Notes: generated from the sequence alone by a model not told the origin. A stretch of 64,000 nucleotides of DNA from Octopus vulgaris (GCA_951406725.2 OX597817.1:44764001-44828000); one strand, 5' to 3'; counted from the first letter of the stretch, positions 41,491 through 54,509 are shown. Made by a program: numbers and translations.

Positions 41491-41647
41491 ACCTTGGTGC
41501 CCCAAGTGTTCACTTTCAAGACTTTACTCCCTGAGAGTGTTTTGGTCAGTAGTGTCATGTATAGCGACCAGAGAGTATTCGGGGTCTATTAATAATATGG
41601 CATTTTATTTCTCGTTGCTCTATTCAATCAGCTGGCAAAATGAGTAG

Positions 41648-41825
41648 TCCTGCATTTCAAAGGGCGAGCCTCGTCACATTCTGTGTCACACTGAATGTCC
41701 CTGAGAATTATGTTAGGGGTACACGTGCCTGTGGAGTGCTCAACCACTTGCACAACAATTTCACGATCAGACTGTTTCGTTGATCGGTTCAACTGGAGCC
41801 CTTATCGTCGTAACCGACGGAGGAC
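41648..41825 (+). mobile_element. solo copy of SINE family C tail type 4
   Basis: Matches 42350-42526. Confidence 0.7.
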
Positions 41826-42147
41826 CAATAATATGGATACTAGTTATCAACATAAGATTTTAGACAATCAATTGGTAGTTACTGATCTACCGTGTCGAAT
41901 ACAGTCGAAAGCGAGATAAGGTTTCACAGAAAATTACCTCCGAATGGCGCTGCGGACACTCTATAACTGAAGTATCACTGAACAGTCCCTGCTACCTATT
42001 ACCCAATAGAAATTGTACACATTTCCTTGTACACTTTTCCTTGTAAATAGCTGATAACAGTTACAAATACTTATATGATTAAACAAACGGTTTGCTGAAT
42101 TGCTCTGTATCGAGGGGTAGATTTCAACCACAGATATAACTAGATGG

Positions 42148-42526
42148 TGGAGGCGCAATGGCCCAGTGGTTAGGGCAGCGGACACGCGGTCGTAGGATCG
42201 CGGTTTCGATTCCCAGACCGGACATTGTGAGTGTTTATTGAGCGAAAACACCTAAAGCTTCACGAGGCTCCTGCAGGGGGTGGTGGTGAACCCTGCTGTA
42301 CTCTTTCACCACAACTTTCCCTCACTCTTTCTTCCTGTTTCTGTTGTACCTGTATTTCAAAGGGCCAGCCTTGTCATAATCTGTGTCACGCTGAATCTCC
42401 TCGAGAACTACGTTAAGGGTACACGTGTCTGTGGAGTGCTCAGCCACTTGCACGTTAATTCCACGAGCAAGCTGTTCCGTTGATCGTATCAGCTGGGACC
42501 CTCATCATCGTAACCGACGGAGTGCG
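42148..42526 (+). mobile_element. SINE family C with tail type 4
   Basis: Family C head and body; tail CTGTATTTCAAAGGGCCAGCC...CGTAACCGACGGAG. Confidence 0.85.
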
Positions 42527-43954
42527 AAAAATAAAAATTACTAGTTGATATTCTTATAATGTCATACTGGCTTATGTTAAAGATACTCAGCACGAAGAGA
42601 ACATTTTCAATGTCTGAACATTCTATAAAACGCACCATCACCACACAGCTATTCCGACGTATTGTAAATAACTTGATAGAGCCATAGAGTGATTGACGTT
42701 AACTGAATCAAAGATAGAATTATTTACTGATATAAAGGATTGATTGAACTAATTGGCGCGAAACAGATTTACGCCTCTGATTAATTATTAAGCAAGGCAA
42801 AATATTGTTTAATTTGACTGCATTGTAAGAAATGGTGGGGGATAATTAATTACTTTGTATGAAGTGGAAAAAAATATTTCGCTAAGATTCAATTATATCA
42901 TCGATTTTTCTTTCGAATATATTTCTTTTGTATTATTCTATTCCTTTCGGATGTACAATATCGTTGTCCGCCATGTTGCTTTGGTGAGTAACACACACAA
43001 ACAGACACGTCGGCATGCGCACATACACATACTGCAGACACATTGAGAAAAATCATTAAGAAAGGCCTGGAGATAGTAGAAAGAAAGTTGCATTTAGATA
43101 AATGGCTTATCTCTAAAGCGTAACAGAAAAATCCATTAGGGCAACAATCAGATGAGTTCGTTAATAGTCAATATCACATAGAAATATGCAGAAGTTACAG
43201 ATCTTGTAATGTTAACGCAGGAGGTGGAGATACCTTGGAATGAAATATTTTAAATACTGACGCTAAATATATTGGATGTTTTGCACAATGAGAAGATATT
43301 AGTTAATATCCGTAGTTTCCTATAGATTTACATGGCTTTTACATTCGGGAACAAAACTACAACAGGAAGCAAACTGTATTAAATGTTTTTACGCCATTCT
43401 AGCCGGAAGGTCTTGTTGCATCGACGTAAGAATCTGTGTAATATTCTATGTCTTTGCCAATATTGTTCACAACAATGTATAACATCTCATGCACAAACAC
43501 GACTATAATTTTGTAATTCAAGAAATGCTAGACATAATTTCATCATGTATTGGATTGTATACAAATCTAACCAGCCTTCAGCACGAAATAATTTTATGTC
43601 AGTTGAAAGTAGAGGAAAAAATATATATAATATTAATTCAACGATTTAAAAGTGAAAATAAGCAGCATTTTAATTACTCACTGCTATTGCTATCTGATTA
43701 AATTGAGAGAAGATATTAGAATAATATTTATACTCGTGTAAAAAAACTAACAATTTACAAATTTGTTGATGTATATTAAAAGCTTGTGTCGGTTTGACTG
43801 TACTTGTGGAGAACCATATCGTTGCTATGGTAGGAATAAACATAATTTGTTCATTATATGGTTACATTAATTCTCTCTTTACCGTTCACCATCCCGTGTC
43901 TCTCTTCCGCTCTCTCTCTCTCTCTCTCTCTCTAGCTCGGTATACATACATACG

Positions 43955-44009
<55 letters not shown>

Positions 44010-44145
44010 TTATACATACACACACACCTATATATACTGTATTTATTGATACATATATACATATTTTCATGTTGTATATAAATGCATATCTGTCTATCGT
44101 TATATATATATATAAGAAAGTTGGTTTGTGAAACCACGTGGTTGA

Positions 44146-45360
44146 ATATATAGAAAATCGTAAAAAGTGAAAAAAACTACAGAAGGCTTGTTTTAAAAGG
44201 TTAAAAAATATATATTTGAGTCAATATGTCTGAAGAATATTATAAATTTTTTTCTTACAATGACATAGTTTAGAAGAACCTTGCAAGAAGGATATGCACA
44301 ATAGTGTCAGAACAAAATACCAGGAACTTTAGACTGCAAGAACTCAAAAACACCCTAATTGACAGACATTACCCAGCTCAACTTATAGAGGATGGGATCA
44401 GACGTGCAACAGAAATCAACATAGAAACTTTAAGAAAAGTTCAACACAACAACACACCTTCCCCAAAAATACTACCTTACATATCTACATACAACCCCAG
44501 AAACAAAGAAGCCATCATCACCCAGAATTTACCAATACTTCATAAGGACCCCAAATTAAAGGAAATTCTATACATACACCAAATCATTAAAAGCTACAAA
44601 CAACCTAAATTCTCACAAAAGGAAAATTGTTTTCTGAAATTACGGATGCAAAAGTAAAAAAAATGTGGTAGATCGAACTGTGCAACATGTCCAAACCTGC
44701 TAGAAGGATCAGAATTCCTCTTCAAAGAGGGACAGAAATACAAGATCAAATCTAACTTTACTTGTGCCTCTGAAAACATAATTTAAGTCATAAAATGCTC
44801 GGGCTGCCACCAAGACTACGTGGGATCAACGGGACTATCACTCAGACGTAGATGCACACTGCATCGACAACAGATTACCTTTTAGTGAGCACATTGAGAA
44901 ATGCGTAAAGCAACTACTACCACAATTTTTAATCTTTCCATTTTACCAATGTGCGATCGGATCATCAACACAAATTAGACTAAACAAGGAAACATTCTTC
45001 ATTGAAAAGTACAAGCCCAGACTTAACCATTCCAACATACTGATACAGAGAAATTCACACCAAGGGAAAGGCAAAAAATTTTAAGCGATTATCTCCCTTA
45101 CACCGGAAGAAATTACTCATTACCTCCCCTTATTCAGAACTCTTTTCAACATAAACATAACGATAACTCTGCTCAACATAAACATAACGACGTAAGAAAT
45201 TTGAAAAGCTAAACGCGAAACCGGTCTTTCTTCTAAACTATGTCATTGTAAGAAAAAAAATTTATAATATTCTTCAGACATATTGACTCAAATATATATT
45301 TTTTAACCTTTTAAAACAAGCCTTCTGTAGTTTTTTCACTTTTTACTATTTTCTATATAT
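44146..45360 (+). mobile_element. 5'-truncated Neptune-type Penelope element with inverted terminal repeat
   Basis: NLARRICTIVSE...RHYP...LPYISTYNP; CGRSNCATCPNL; SNFTCASENII*VIKCSGCHQDYVGST. 44146-44278 is the reverse complement of 45228-45360; (TA)n nearby on both sides. Confidence 0.92.
45194..45232 (+). ncRNA. minimal hammerhead motif, U3:A8 variant, in Neptune 3' terminus
   Basis: AAGAAA(U)-UUGAAAA-GC-UAAAC-GC-GAAAC-CG-GUC-UUUCUU; palindromic ACCGGU; one unpaired U at the base of helix I. Confidence 0.6.
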
Positions 45361-45382
45361 ATATCTATATATATATATATAT

Positions 45383-45635
45383 ATCACGTGACCAACCAAG
45401 CCATCAGATGTTGCAACACATCACTGGTCACAATGCGCTACACATTGTTTTAGCCTTCAAAGACGCCACTCCACTGGCTAAGAAGAAAGAGTGAGAGAAA
45501 ATTGTGGCGAAAGAGTACACCAGGGACCACTACCAACTGCTGGAGCTTTAGGTGTTTTCGCTCAATAAACACTCTCATCGGCCGGTCTGGGAATCGTGAG
45601 TCCGCTGCCCTAACCACTGGGCCATTGCGCCTCCA
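45383..45635 (-). mobile_element. SINE family C tail type 1, internally deleted
   Basis: Matches 11719-12037 with deletions. Confidence 0.8.
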
Positions 45636-46709
45636 TATATATATAACATACTTATGCATAAGTTTGTATGTGCGTGCGAGTAGGTGCACGTGCATACTAT
45701 TTGAGTAAATATATTTACTTACTATGCTATGGCTTTTGGATGCACAGATTCGTGCACATTATATACAAATGTTATTTTTGTATACACAGTAATTCGAATA
45801 AGTGTATGCACTTTACACGATCTGGCTGACGATTTCTGTGTATGTACGTTAAATGTTTATGTGGAAATCAAACAAAAGAATATTTTTACATACGTACACA
45901 TTTACATACACACATATATATGAACACACAACGACACATATATTCAGACAAAGCCATGCAAATTTGCTTGTGTCTGTTTGTTTTTGTGTATAGTCATATT
46001 GGTGTTATAATCTCTCTTAAGTACAATGAACTACTTATATTCGTTACTGAGTAACAATATGTTTATATTTTTATTAGAGTATGTAACTTCAAACATGTTT
46101 CAATCATTTTAATCCTTATCAGCTGATGTTTGACTTCACGTAACATGTCGAGTCAAAGACAGAATTGTTATGAGTGCATTGAAACATGCATAATTTATGG
46201 TGTAGTCGTATAGAGCTGTTTAAAATTTGAATATTGTAATTATGAGATTCTCCCTGCTGGATAAATTGTAGATAAATGAGTTTTAGCACATTTTAAGTGG
46301 TATAGTGGAGGTTACAGAGATGTTTTTTTTATTGCATCTGTAAAGGTAACAAGACACGAAGTGCCTGGATCTTATTTTTATATTTGTTACTTCTTTTTTC
46401 AAATTTTCGGTTCTCAAAATTAAGGTATATCCTCGAGGACAAAGCGTTTTTGATACCGGAAAATATGGTATATACAGTTCTCCATACTCTGCCAACATGG
46501 GAGCACACTGGGTCAACTTGACATCTGCGTTTTATCCAAGCACCCGAAGGACCCAACACTCAGACAAGTACAGGAGTAGTCCTCATAAATGAAACGTACC
46601 CAGTACTAAATAGGAAATATACGTAGAAGGTAGTCATATCCCAATACCCACAGATTATATATACAAAGGTACAGTTGTTAGCAGGTTCTTATATATATAT
46701 ATATATATG

Positions 46710-47018
46710 TTGGGTCATACCATAAATAATGCGGTAAATAATATTTCTCTTATCTTTCATAATTAAGATAAATATAGTTGTTTTAAATCTAAAATACATT
46801 CTCCTTCATTTTCTACAATGCAATGCCATCTGTCTGGTAGACTTGAAAGCCCCTCTTCCAAAATCCATTTATCCGCGATGAAAGATACTCCTACAGTTCT
46901 GATCTGACCCCGTCTACATAATTCATGTTTTTTTCTGTCCAAATCATTTTGAAGACTGCTGAATAAATGATAATCAGATAGGGCAATGTCCGGCAAATAT
47001 CGTGAGTGGGGCATCGTT
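46710..47018 (-). mobile_element. mariner 3' fragment
   Basis: PHSRYLPDIALSDYHLFSSLQNDL (YSPDLAPSDYHLF motif); TIR-like TTGGGTCATACCATAAATAATGCGG next to (TA)n. Confidence 0.8.
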
Positions 47019-47042
47019 TACCATTCCTAAGGCTGGAGCAGT

Positions 47043-47214
<172 letters not shown>

Positions 47215-48158
47215 TCAAATGGCTTCTTGCAGCTTCCGTCAACTAAATTCACTCACAAAGCCTCTATAGTAGACGGGACTTGCCGAAGTTGCCTCGAAGT
47301 GGGACCGAACCCGGGACGACGTGTTTAAACAGCAATCTTCTTACAAAAAATTTACATAAAGGTTTCAACATAGTAATCAAATAAGTAGTAGCACACAAGT
47401 AAAGCATTGAGTAAAGACATTTCAAAGAAATATAATTACCGTTGCAATAAAGTGAAATCAATAAGGTCAATGGCTTATGTTAATCAAAGGGAGACATCTT
47501 TAAAACTTTAATTAATTTAAAATAGAATTACAGCGCAATGGTGATGGGGGACGAAAAAAAATGTTAAAGGACTATTATTGTTTTAATCTGCTATTTGGAA
47601 AGCAAGGTGTCACCTCTCGAGAAGTCTGAATCTTATTAAACTTTCTACTCAAAACAGTAGGTATGCTTCACGTTGCTTTCCAACTGAAGTGAGAAAAGAT
47701 CATTATATAGGTGTAAAGAAATATACATAATTTGGTGTGACATTTATGAAGCGTCTAACAATTTCCTAAGGACAGCATATATTCTACAGCAGCTACCAGA
47801 ATACTTGATATAGCAATCTGAGTAACAATAGGGTGCTGCATTCACCACCGTGGGATCGTGGTTTCAGTTCCTAAACTGGGTAGTCATTGTGTTCTTGAGA
47901 AAAACACTCCATCTCATGTTGCTCTGAGATCACTTCGACACCGTACGCGTGGAACACTGTTCACCTGTTCAGGTAACGCCGATTTGACGAAGGAAGCGAA
48001 CTAATGTACAGCACATACAGATGAACGCTATAAGTAAATCATTTGTACTGGTCATTCGGCCAGATTTACATAGTCTTCGACGGGAGATTTCGCATATGTA
48101 CATACATACATAAATGCATACATACATGCATGCATGCATACATGTATACATACATACG

Positions 48159-48230
<72 letters not shown>

Positions 48231-48249
48231 GGTATATATATATTTATGC

Positions 48250-48414
48250 ACACACACAAACATATACATCTATATATACAACGGGCTTCTATCAGTCTCC
48301 GTCTAACAAATCCACTCGCAAGGCTTTGGCTGGTCCGAGGTTATATAGTAGAAGACACTTGCCCAAAGTGCCCGGAGCCATGTAGTTGGGAAGCAAGTTT
48401 CTTACCACTCCTGT
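48250..48414 (-). mobile_element. SINE family B, 5' part
   Basis: AAATCCACTC..AAGGCTTTGG..GAAGACACTTGCCCAA..ACCACTCCTG. Confidence 0.75.
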
Positions 48415-48417
48415 ATA

Positions 48418-48492
<75 letters not shown>

Positions 48493-48497
<5 letters not shown>

Positions 48498-48829
48498 TGC
48501 AGCGTGGAAGGTGTTTATAAGCCATTTAAGAAACACACAAAAGCCGTTCGATTCACTTCAACATTTGAGTTTAATTTGTCAAAATACTTTCGTCGCTAAA
48601 ATCCGCGACCTGTTCACTGTCAAAAATCCGTGCTGCACGAATTTTTGTCAGTGAACAGGTCGCGGATATTAGCGACGAAAATATTTTGACAAATTAAACT
48701 CAAATGTTGAAGTGAATCGAACGGCTTTTGTGTGTTTCTTAAATGGCTTATAAACACCTTCCACGCAGCAATTGTTTTCGTTTCAGCACACGATCTCAGA
48801 TCAAATTACTTGCTATCCGAGTACATCTC

Positions 48830-48830
<1 letters not shown>
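48493..48830. mobile_element. palindromic (head-to-head) pair of the ~200-bp hammerhead element inserted in (TA)n
   Basis: Arms 48493-48633 and 48635-48775 with a 1-nt centre; the right arm continues to 48830; (TA)n on both sides. Confidence 0.88.
48644..48693 (+). ncRNA. minimal type I hammerhead ribozyme, G3:C8 variant
   Basis: UUUGUCA-GUGAACA-G-GUCGC-GGAUAUUA-GCGAC-GAAA-A-UA-UUU-UGACAAA; the mirror copy on the minus strand (48575-48624) has a helix I mismatch. Confidence 0.72.
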
Positions 48831-48864
<34 letters not shown>

Positions 48865-48904
48865 CATACATATACCACTCCTGCATATATATGTATATAT
48901 ATAC

Positions 48905-48941
<37 letters not shown>

Positions 48942-48954
48942 TACATATATATAC

Positions 48955-49200
48955 AGGAGTGGCTGTGTGGTAAGGAGTGGCTGTGTGGTAAGGAGTGGCT
49001 GTGTGGTAAGGAGTGGCTGTGTTTGTCACCTCATCATCGCTTGACGCAGCTTTTGGTGTGTTTACGTCCCCGTAACTTAGCGGTTCGGCAAAACAGGACC
49101 GATAGAACAAGTACTACGCTTACAAACAATAAGTCGTGGGGGTCGATTTGTTCGACTAATGGCGGTGCTCCAGCATGGTCGCAGTCAAATGACTGAAAAG
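48955..49200 (+). mobile_element. rearranged SINE family B (tandem 18-bp head repeats fused to the 3' half)
   Basis: (AGGAGTGGCTGTGTGGTA)x3.5, then the family B 3' sequence. Confidence 0.8.
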
Positions 49201-49822
49201 CATAAGCGTTGAAATTTTAACGCTCACGCTTCTAAGCATATGTATTTAAATCAATCTCTTTGCAATCTGGACGTCCTTTCACACGGAATTTTGAAGCAAA
49301 ATCCTGAAGAAATTTATATACATAGATATGAAGTGTTTATAAATAAAAAAATGTATTTAAGTCGAAATAAATTTTGGGGTTTTGGTTTTATAGTAATTTT
49401 TTACGTTATCTTATATTATTCTATATTCATGATGTATTACGTTACATCATAATATAACTAAATTGTTAGATTGCCAATTGAATCTATTTAATTTATTGTT
49501 TGTAATTTGTATTATACCCCAATTTCTGTAGTATTCAACTGTCGTACCAGTGAATTGCATGTTTTACACACCTCTGGAAGGAATTTCAGTCCGTAGTTAC
49601 TTATATATGTATATATATAAATTTAGAATGAGGGCGAAAAATTGAATTTTAATTTGATTAATATCAATTTAAAACCAGTGGTCTAGCATATCAAAATCTG
49701 AAGGTTTAGAAAATTATATTACATACATATAAGAAGGGTGACAACAACGTGGACAACCCTTATGCTAGAAGTAGATCCGTTATGGTCTTACCACTAAGAA
49801 ATGTTCTCAAGAACATCCCTCT

Positions 49823-49825
<3 letters not shown>

Positions 49826-49854
<29 letters not shown>

Positions 49855-49894
49855 TGTATGTATGTATGTATGTATGTATGTATGTATGTATGTG

Positions 49895-49944
<50 letters not shown>

Positions 49945-49955
49945 TGCGTGCGTGC

Positions 49956-49990
<35 letters not shown>
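49826..49990. repeat. (TATG)n(TG)n microsatellite
   Basis: Direct reading. Confidence 0.95.
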
Positions 49991-49993
<3 letters not shown>

Positions 49994-50464
49994 CGGGCTT
50001 ATTTCAGTTTCCGTCTACCAAATCCACTCACAAGGCTTTGGTCGGCAATACATTAACAGAACACCGTTTTGCTGAGATCCTGTTGTCACGAATGTAAAGT
50101 GCTAAAAGGCGAAGGCATACTATGTGACATGAGTGGCAGTACTGATACAACATTGATTGGCAGTCACTAGTTTTCAGTGTATATTTTGCAGTGGGATTTG
50201 CATGACATGCGTTGAGTCGACGCCTGCTACTGATGAAATGCGTGTACACTGAAATGACGTGGTCTAATAGTTCTGTCACCCATGCGAGACGATTCTACTA
50301 TGCAAACGATTTGTCTCTGCTTCTCAGCATTTTACGTCTCAGCGGGTGCCCCTCTCGGTAATATGGTATTTTAATAACACATCACAATAAGTAGGATATA
50401 CCATTAGTTTATAATTCAGCTTCTGTTACTAGTATTTATAATTGTATGTATGTGTGTGTTTCTA

Positions 50465-50645
50465 TACGAGGGGCTTTGAAAGGTTCTTTGCTTTAAGGCT
50501 ATCCCGAAAGACTTGGGTGGGAAAACTGAAGGACCCAAGTTCATAAGTGTGTGAATGTGAGAGAGGAAGATGTTGAATAAAATTACAATTAACTGATCCT
50601 TCTGTATTTTGTTTTACCCAGAGCCAGGAACTTTTCGGCACAATA
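50465..50645. mobile_element. degenerate mariner-type MITE
   Basis: TA-CGAGGGGCTTTGAAAGGTTCTTTGCTTT versus AGAGCCAGGAACTTTTCGGCAC, imperfect TIRs. Confidence 0.4.
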
Positions 50646-51224
50646 TGTATCGAATTTATTCATATATGTATTGAATTTATTCAGATTACCATTTCGATAA
50701 AAGCAGAAAACATAAGAACATCAGTCCTTCTAAAGGTCACTGAGTGTATGTTTTTCCATTTCAAAACCAACCATTGTAAACTGGATACAGTGGCTTTGCA
50801 TCGTGTCAGTCGATGCAATATTTCAACAATGAATTGAATAACTATTTAATATGTTCATTTTTTTTTCGAATAACTGTATGTCCCAGGAGACTGAATTTGA
50901 CTACTTTCTCTACTGTGTAATGTTCGTACGGAGCGAATAAACGAATATGCGTGTTCATTCGATTCGTATTTCTAAAATGGAAGCTAAATAGAAAAAGATG
51001 TCATAACAGTGTAAGTGGAGCAGTCAGAAGGAAGCAGATTTGTTCCGTATTAGTAAATAATAATGCAGACATAGAAGAATAAATTTTAAATAACATTCAA
51101 GGAGATCAATCTTACTTTTCGGGCAGAGTTGCTCAGTCAGGCGATTGATATTTAAACATCATGAAAATAAAGGAGAAAGTCATAAACACATGCACAGACC
51201 CATACTCTACTGCTCCTCTAATAC

Positions 51225-51639
51225 TTATTTCTTTACTGCCCACAAGGGGTTAAACACAGAGGAGACAAACAAGGACAGACAGACGGATTAAGTCGATCAT
51301 ATCGACACCAGTGCGTAACTGGTACTTAATTTATCGATTCCGAAAGGATGAAAGGCAAAGTCGACCTCGGCTGAATTTGAACTCAGAACGTAGCGACAGA
51401 CGAAATACCTATTTTTTACTACCCACAAGGGGCGAAACACAGAGAGGACAAAGAAGGACAGACAAACGGATTAAGTCAATTATATCGACCACAGTGCGTA
51501 ACTGGTACTTAATATATCGACCCCTAAATGATGAAAGGCAAAGTCTACCTCGGCTGAATTTGAACTCAGAACGTAACGGCAGACGAAATAACGCTAAGCA
51601 TTTCGCCCGGCGTGCTAACGCTTCTGCCAGCTCGCCGCT
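51225..51639 (-). mobile_element. SINE family A, dimer
   Basis: Consensus match; direct repeat GCTCCTCTAATACT flanks both ends (probable TSD). Confidence 0.9.
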
Positions 51640-52265
51640 CCTCTAATACTATTATCATTAAGATTTCACAGGGTTTCAGTGATTACTAGAATACCATAAT
51701 TCCTAGATTGAGTGCACTCATGCCCTTTGTATACATTGAGTAATAAAGGAATTGCGACCTGTATTATCGTAGAAACTCTTTAATACCCATATATTGTAGC
51801 TTACGTTTGTCCTCGTAAACCAATTAAGGACATTAAGATAATGTTGATTATTCCCATTGATAAAACTATTGAGGAGGTATTTTAGTCGCTTTAATTGATC
51901 CCAGTACATTTTCTGTTTTTATATTTCCATCTAACTTTAAACTGAAACGTCGAGAGACAACATTACCTTAGATTCATGTACTATTACTGTAATTTCAATA
52001 CCTTTCATATTTTGTAACGGAACTCAGAGTATTTGGTCGGAAGGAATACAAAAAAAATCTGTCGTTTATTCAGTCGAGCTAACGAATATCAAATACTTAT
52101 CATTTTCTAAATTAATTTCCAGGAACAACGTGGTATTAATAATATCTTATAAATAATGTATTCTTAATACTAAGCTGTTATCTATATAATCCTAAATGAG
52201 TCTTAAGTAAAGATAAAGGGAAAAGATCTCATCTTCTAAAGTACTTTCTCAATGAATAATATATA

Positions 52266-52670
52266 AGCGCAGGAGTGGCTGTCTAGTAAGAAGCTTGCTT
52301 TCAAACCACATGGTTCCGGGTTCCGTCCCACTGCGTGGCACCTTGGGCAAGTGTCTTCTATTATAGCCTCGGGCCGACCAAAGCATTGTGAGTGGATTTG
52401 GTAGACGGAAACTGAAAGAAGCCCGTGGTATATATGTATATATATACATGAATGTATGTATGTGTATATATTTCTGTGTCTGTGTTTGTCCCCCCAACAT
52501 CGCTTGACAACCGATGCTGGTGTGTTTACGTCCCCGTAACTTAGCGGTTCGGCAAAAAAGACCGATAGAATAAGTGCTAGGCTTCCAAAGACTAAGTCCT
52601 GGGATCGATTTATCGACTAAAAGCGGTGCTCCAGCATGGCCACAGTCAAATGACTGAAACAAGTAAAAGA
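52266..52670 (+). mobile_element. SINE family B, full length (CORE-type)
   Basis: GCGCAGGAGTGGCTG..GGTTCCGTCCC head; CACCTTGGGCAAGTGTCTT resembles the CORE domain; internal TA/TG tract; tail GACTGAAACAAGTAAAAGAG. Confidence 0.9.
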
Positions 52671-53591
52671 GTACAAAATGTGTTACTGATACAAAGATGC
52701 AAACAATTTCTAACTGTATGTTAGATTCGGTTTGCGTGATATTTTGCACTGAGTTATTCCAGAACCAAAATGACAAGAGGCTTGGCTTGTGACCCCAAAC
52801 GCAACACGTAATTACTATTTATTTCAACAAAACACAAAGATTAAATATTACGTGCAGAAAAGCATTTACAAGTAATCACCCATAATTCTGCTGGACTGGC
52901 TTCATAAAATTCATTTAACGTCAAGATGGCGTTCGCAGTTCCCCACTCTGGTGCATTTTTGAAGTTCATTTTTAACAGCTATTGCGAAAATGTAAATCAT
53001 CGAGATACCGTTCAAGGGTTTGGTTTCAGAAATATGCTAAAATATTTGAATTGAAATCAATTACTGCCATACTGCCATTATTTATATTAGCCACAGTGCA
53101 AATAAAAGCGGGATAAATATCCAATTTTATTGTATTTTTTCAGATGTTTATTAAAGAAAAACCCTCAACCAGTTGCTAACATTTTATAATTTTCTGAATG
53201 GTGTCTATTAATTATTCAGTGATGTGGCGCCATGCGCATGTCTTCGTTCAGCTAATGTTTGTTAAAAGTCTACTGCAAGCCTTATGTCACTAACTCAAAC
53301 CGTAATTTACACCCCAAATAGGCAATCAATAAAAATCGATTAACAGTCACATGATGATAAAAATCTTCTATATATGGCAACACGCATGTGTTTTATGAAT
53401 ATATAAATTTCATGCGTGATGTATTTATATAATGATTTATTTTTATTAGTTAAGCAGTAAATTGAGACATTTTGGGGTCTACGGCATTTACCCTCCACCT
53501 CCTCCTTTTATTGTATATGTTATTTTTGCTGTTGTTGTTCCCGCAATATCACGCTTGATATGTTAGACACAGGAACCGTTTTACGTTTTAC

Positions 53592-53698
53592 CTGTAAGAT
53601 ATTTTGCTGTTCTCACCGCCGCCGTCGTAAGCATTGTCGTCGCTTTCGTTTATGTTGTTCTTTATGTGTTCCTCGTATTGAGTAACACCTCCTGTCAT
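53592..53698 (-). CDS. candidate first coding exon of an unknown gene
   Basis: ATG-open frame MTGGVTQYEEHIKNNINESDDNAYDGGGENSKISY ending at CAG|GTAAAA donor; non-repetitive and locally CpG-richer; no downstream exon identified. Confidence 0.25.
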
Positions 53699-53927
53699 CG
53701 CAGTAATTTCCTCCCATCGCAATAACAACAAGTGAAATAATCACGTGAACGATGAGAAACAACACTGGAAATTGGTCGGGTGATTTATACAGCAGTAATC
53801 ATATTTTATTACCAGGATCTGTTCAGGTTTTAGTGGGAAACAGATAAACGTCAGATAAATTAATTCATATCTGAGAGAACTTCGTCTTGATTTATAAACG
53901 GCACTCCTTAGACACCAACACGCACTC

Positions 53928-53936
53928 GCAAACACA

Positions 53937-53999
<63 letters not shown>

Positions 54000-54040
54000 A
54001 CACACACACAAACACACACACACAATCACACACACACCGA
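53928..54040. repeat. (CA)n microsatellite
   Basis: Direct reading. Confidence 0.95.
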
Positions 54041-54369
54041 CACGCATAGCGCCACACATCCACACAAATACACGTATGCGTGTGTTTTCGTTACATTGAC
54101 TTTACCCTTTCCGTGTTTTTAATATACTCACGAGTTCAGGCGTGCAAACGCCTATACGTACGCGTGCACATACATATGCCAGTAACACGAGTCTGTATGT
54201 ATATATTTCTATGTTTGACTCTGTGTAAAACATTGATATACATGTTCATAGTTACAATAAATTGTCAGAGTTCTTAGAGTGTCAGATAAAATATCATGAT
54301 AAATAATTTGCCTTTAATCCCGCCAAGATCGATAAGACTATAACGGAGATTGGAAGTGTTAAAGATATG

Positions 54370-54421
54370 CATATATATATATATATATATTGTGTATATA
54401 CATATATATATATGTGTATAT

Positions 54422-54457
<36 letters not shown>

Positions 54458-54509
54458 TATATGCATATGCATATTTATATGTATATGTATGTACGTATAT
54501 ATATATATT

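Noticed and set aside
42148-42225. tRNA genes at SINE heads
   Set aside because: A/B boxes are present but they continue into SINE bodies and lack a proper acceptor stem
52922-52932. CAAGATGGCG YY1-like promoter motif
   Set aside because: A single short motif with no other supporting promoter or exon evidence
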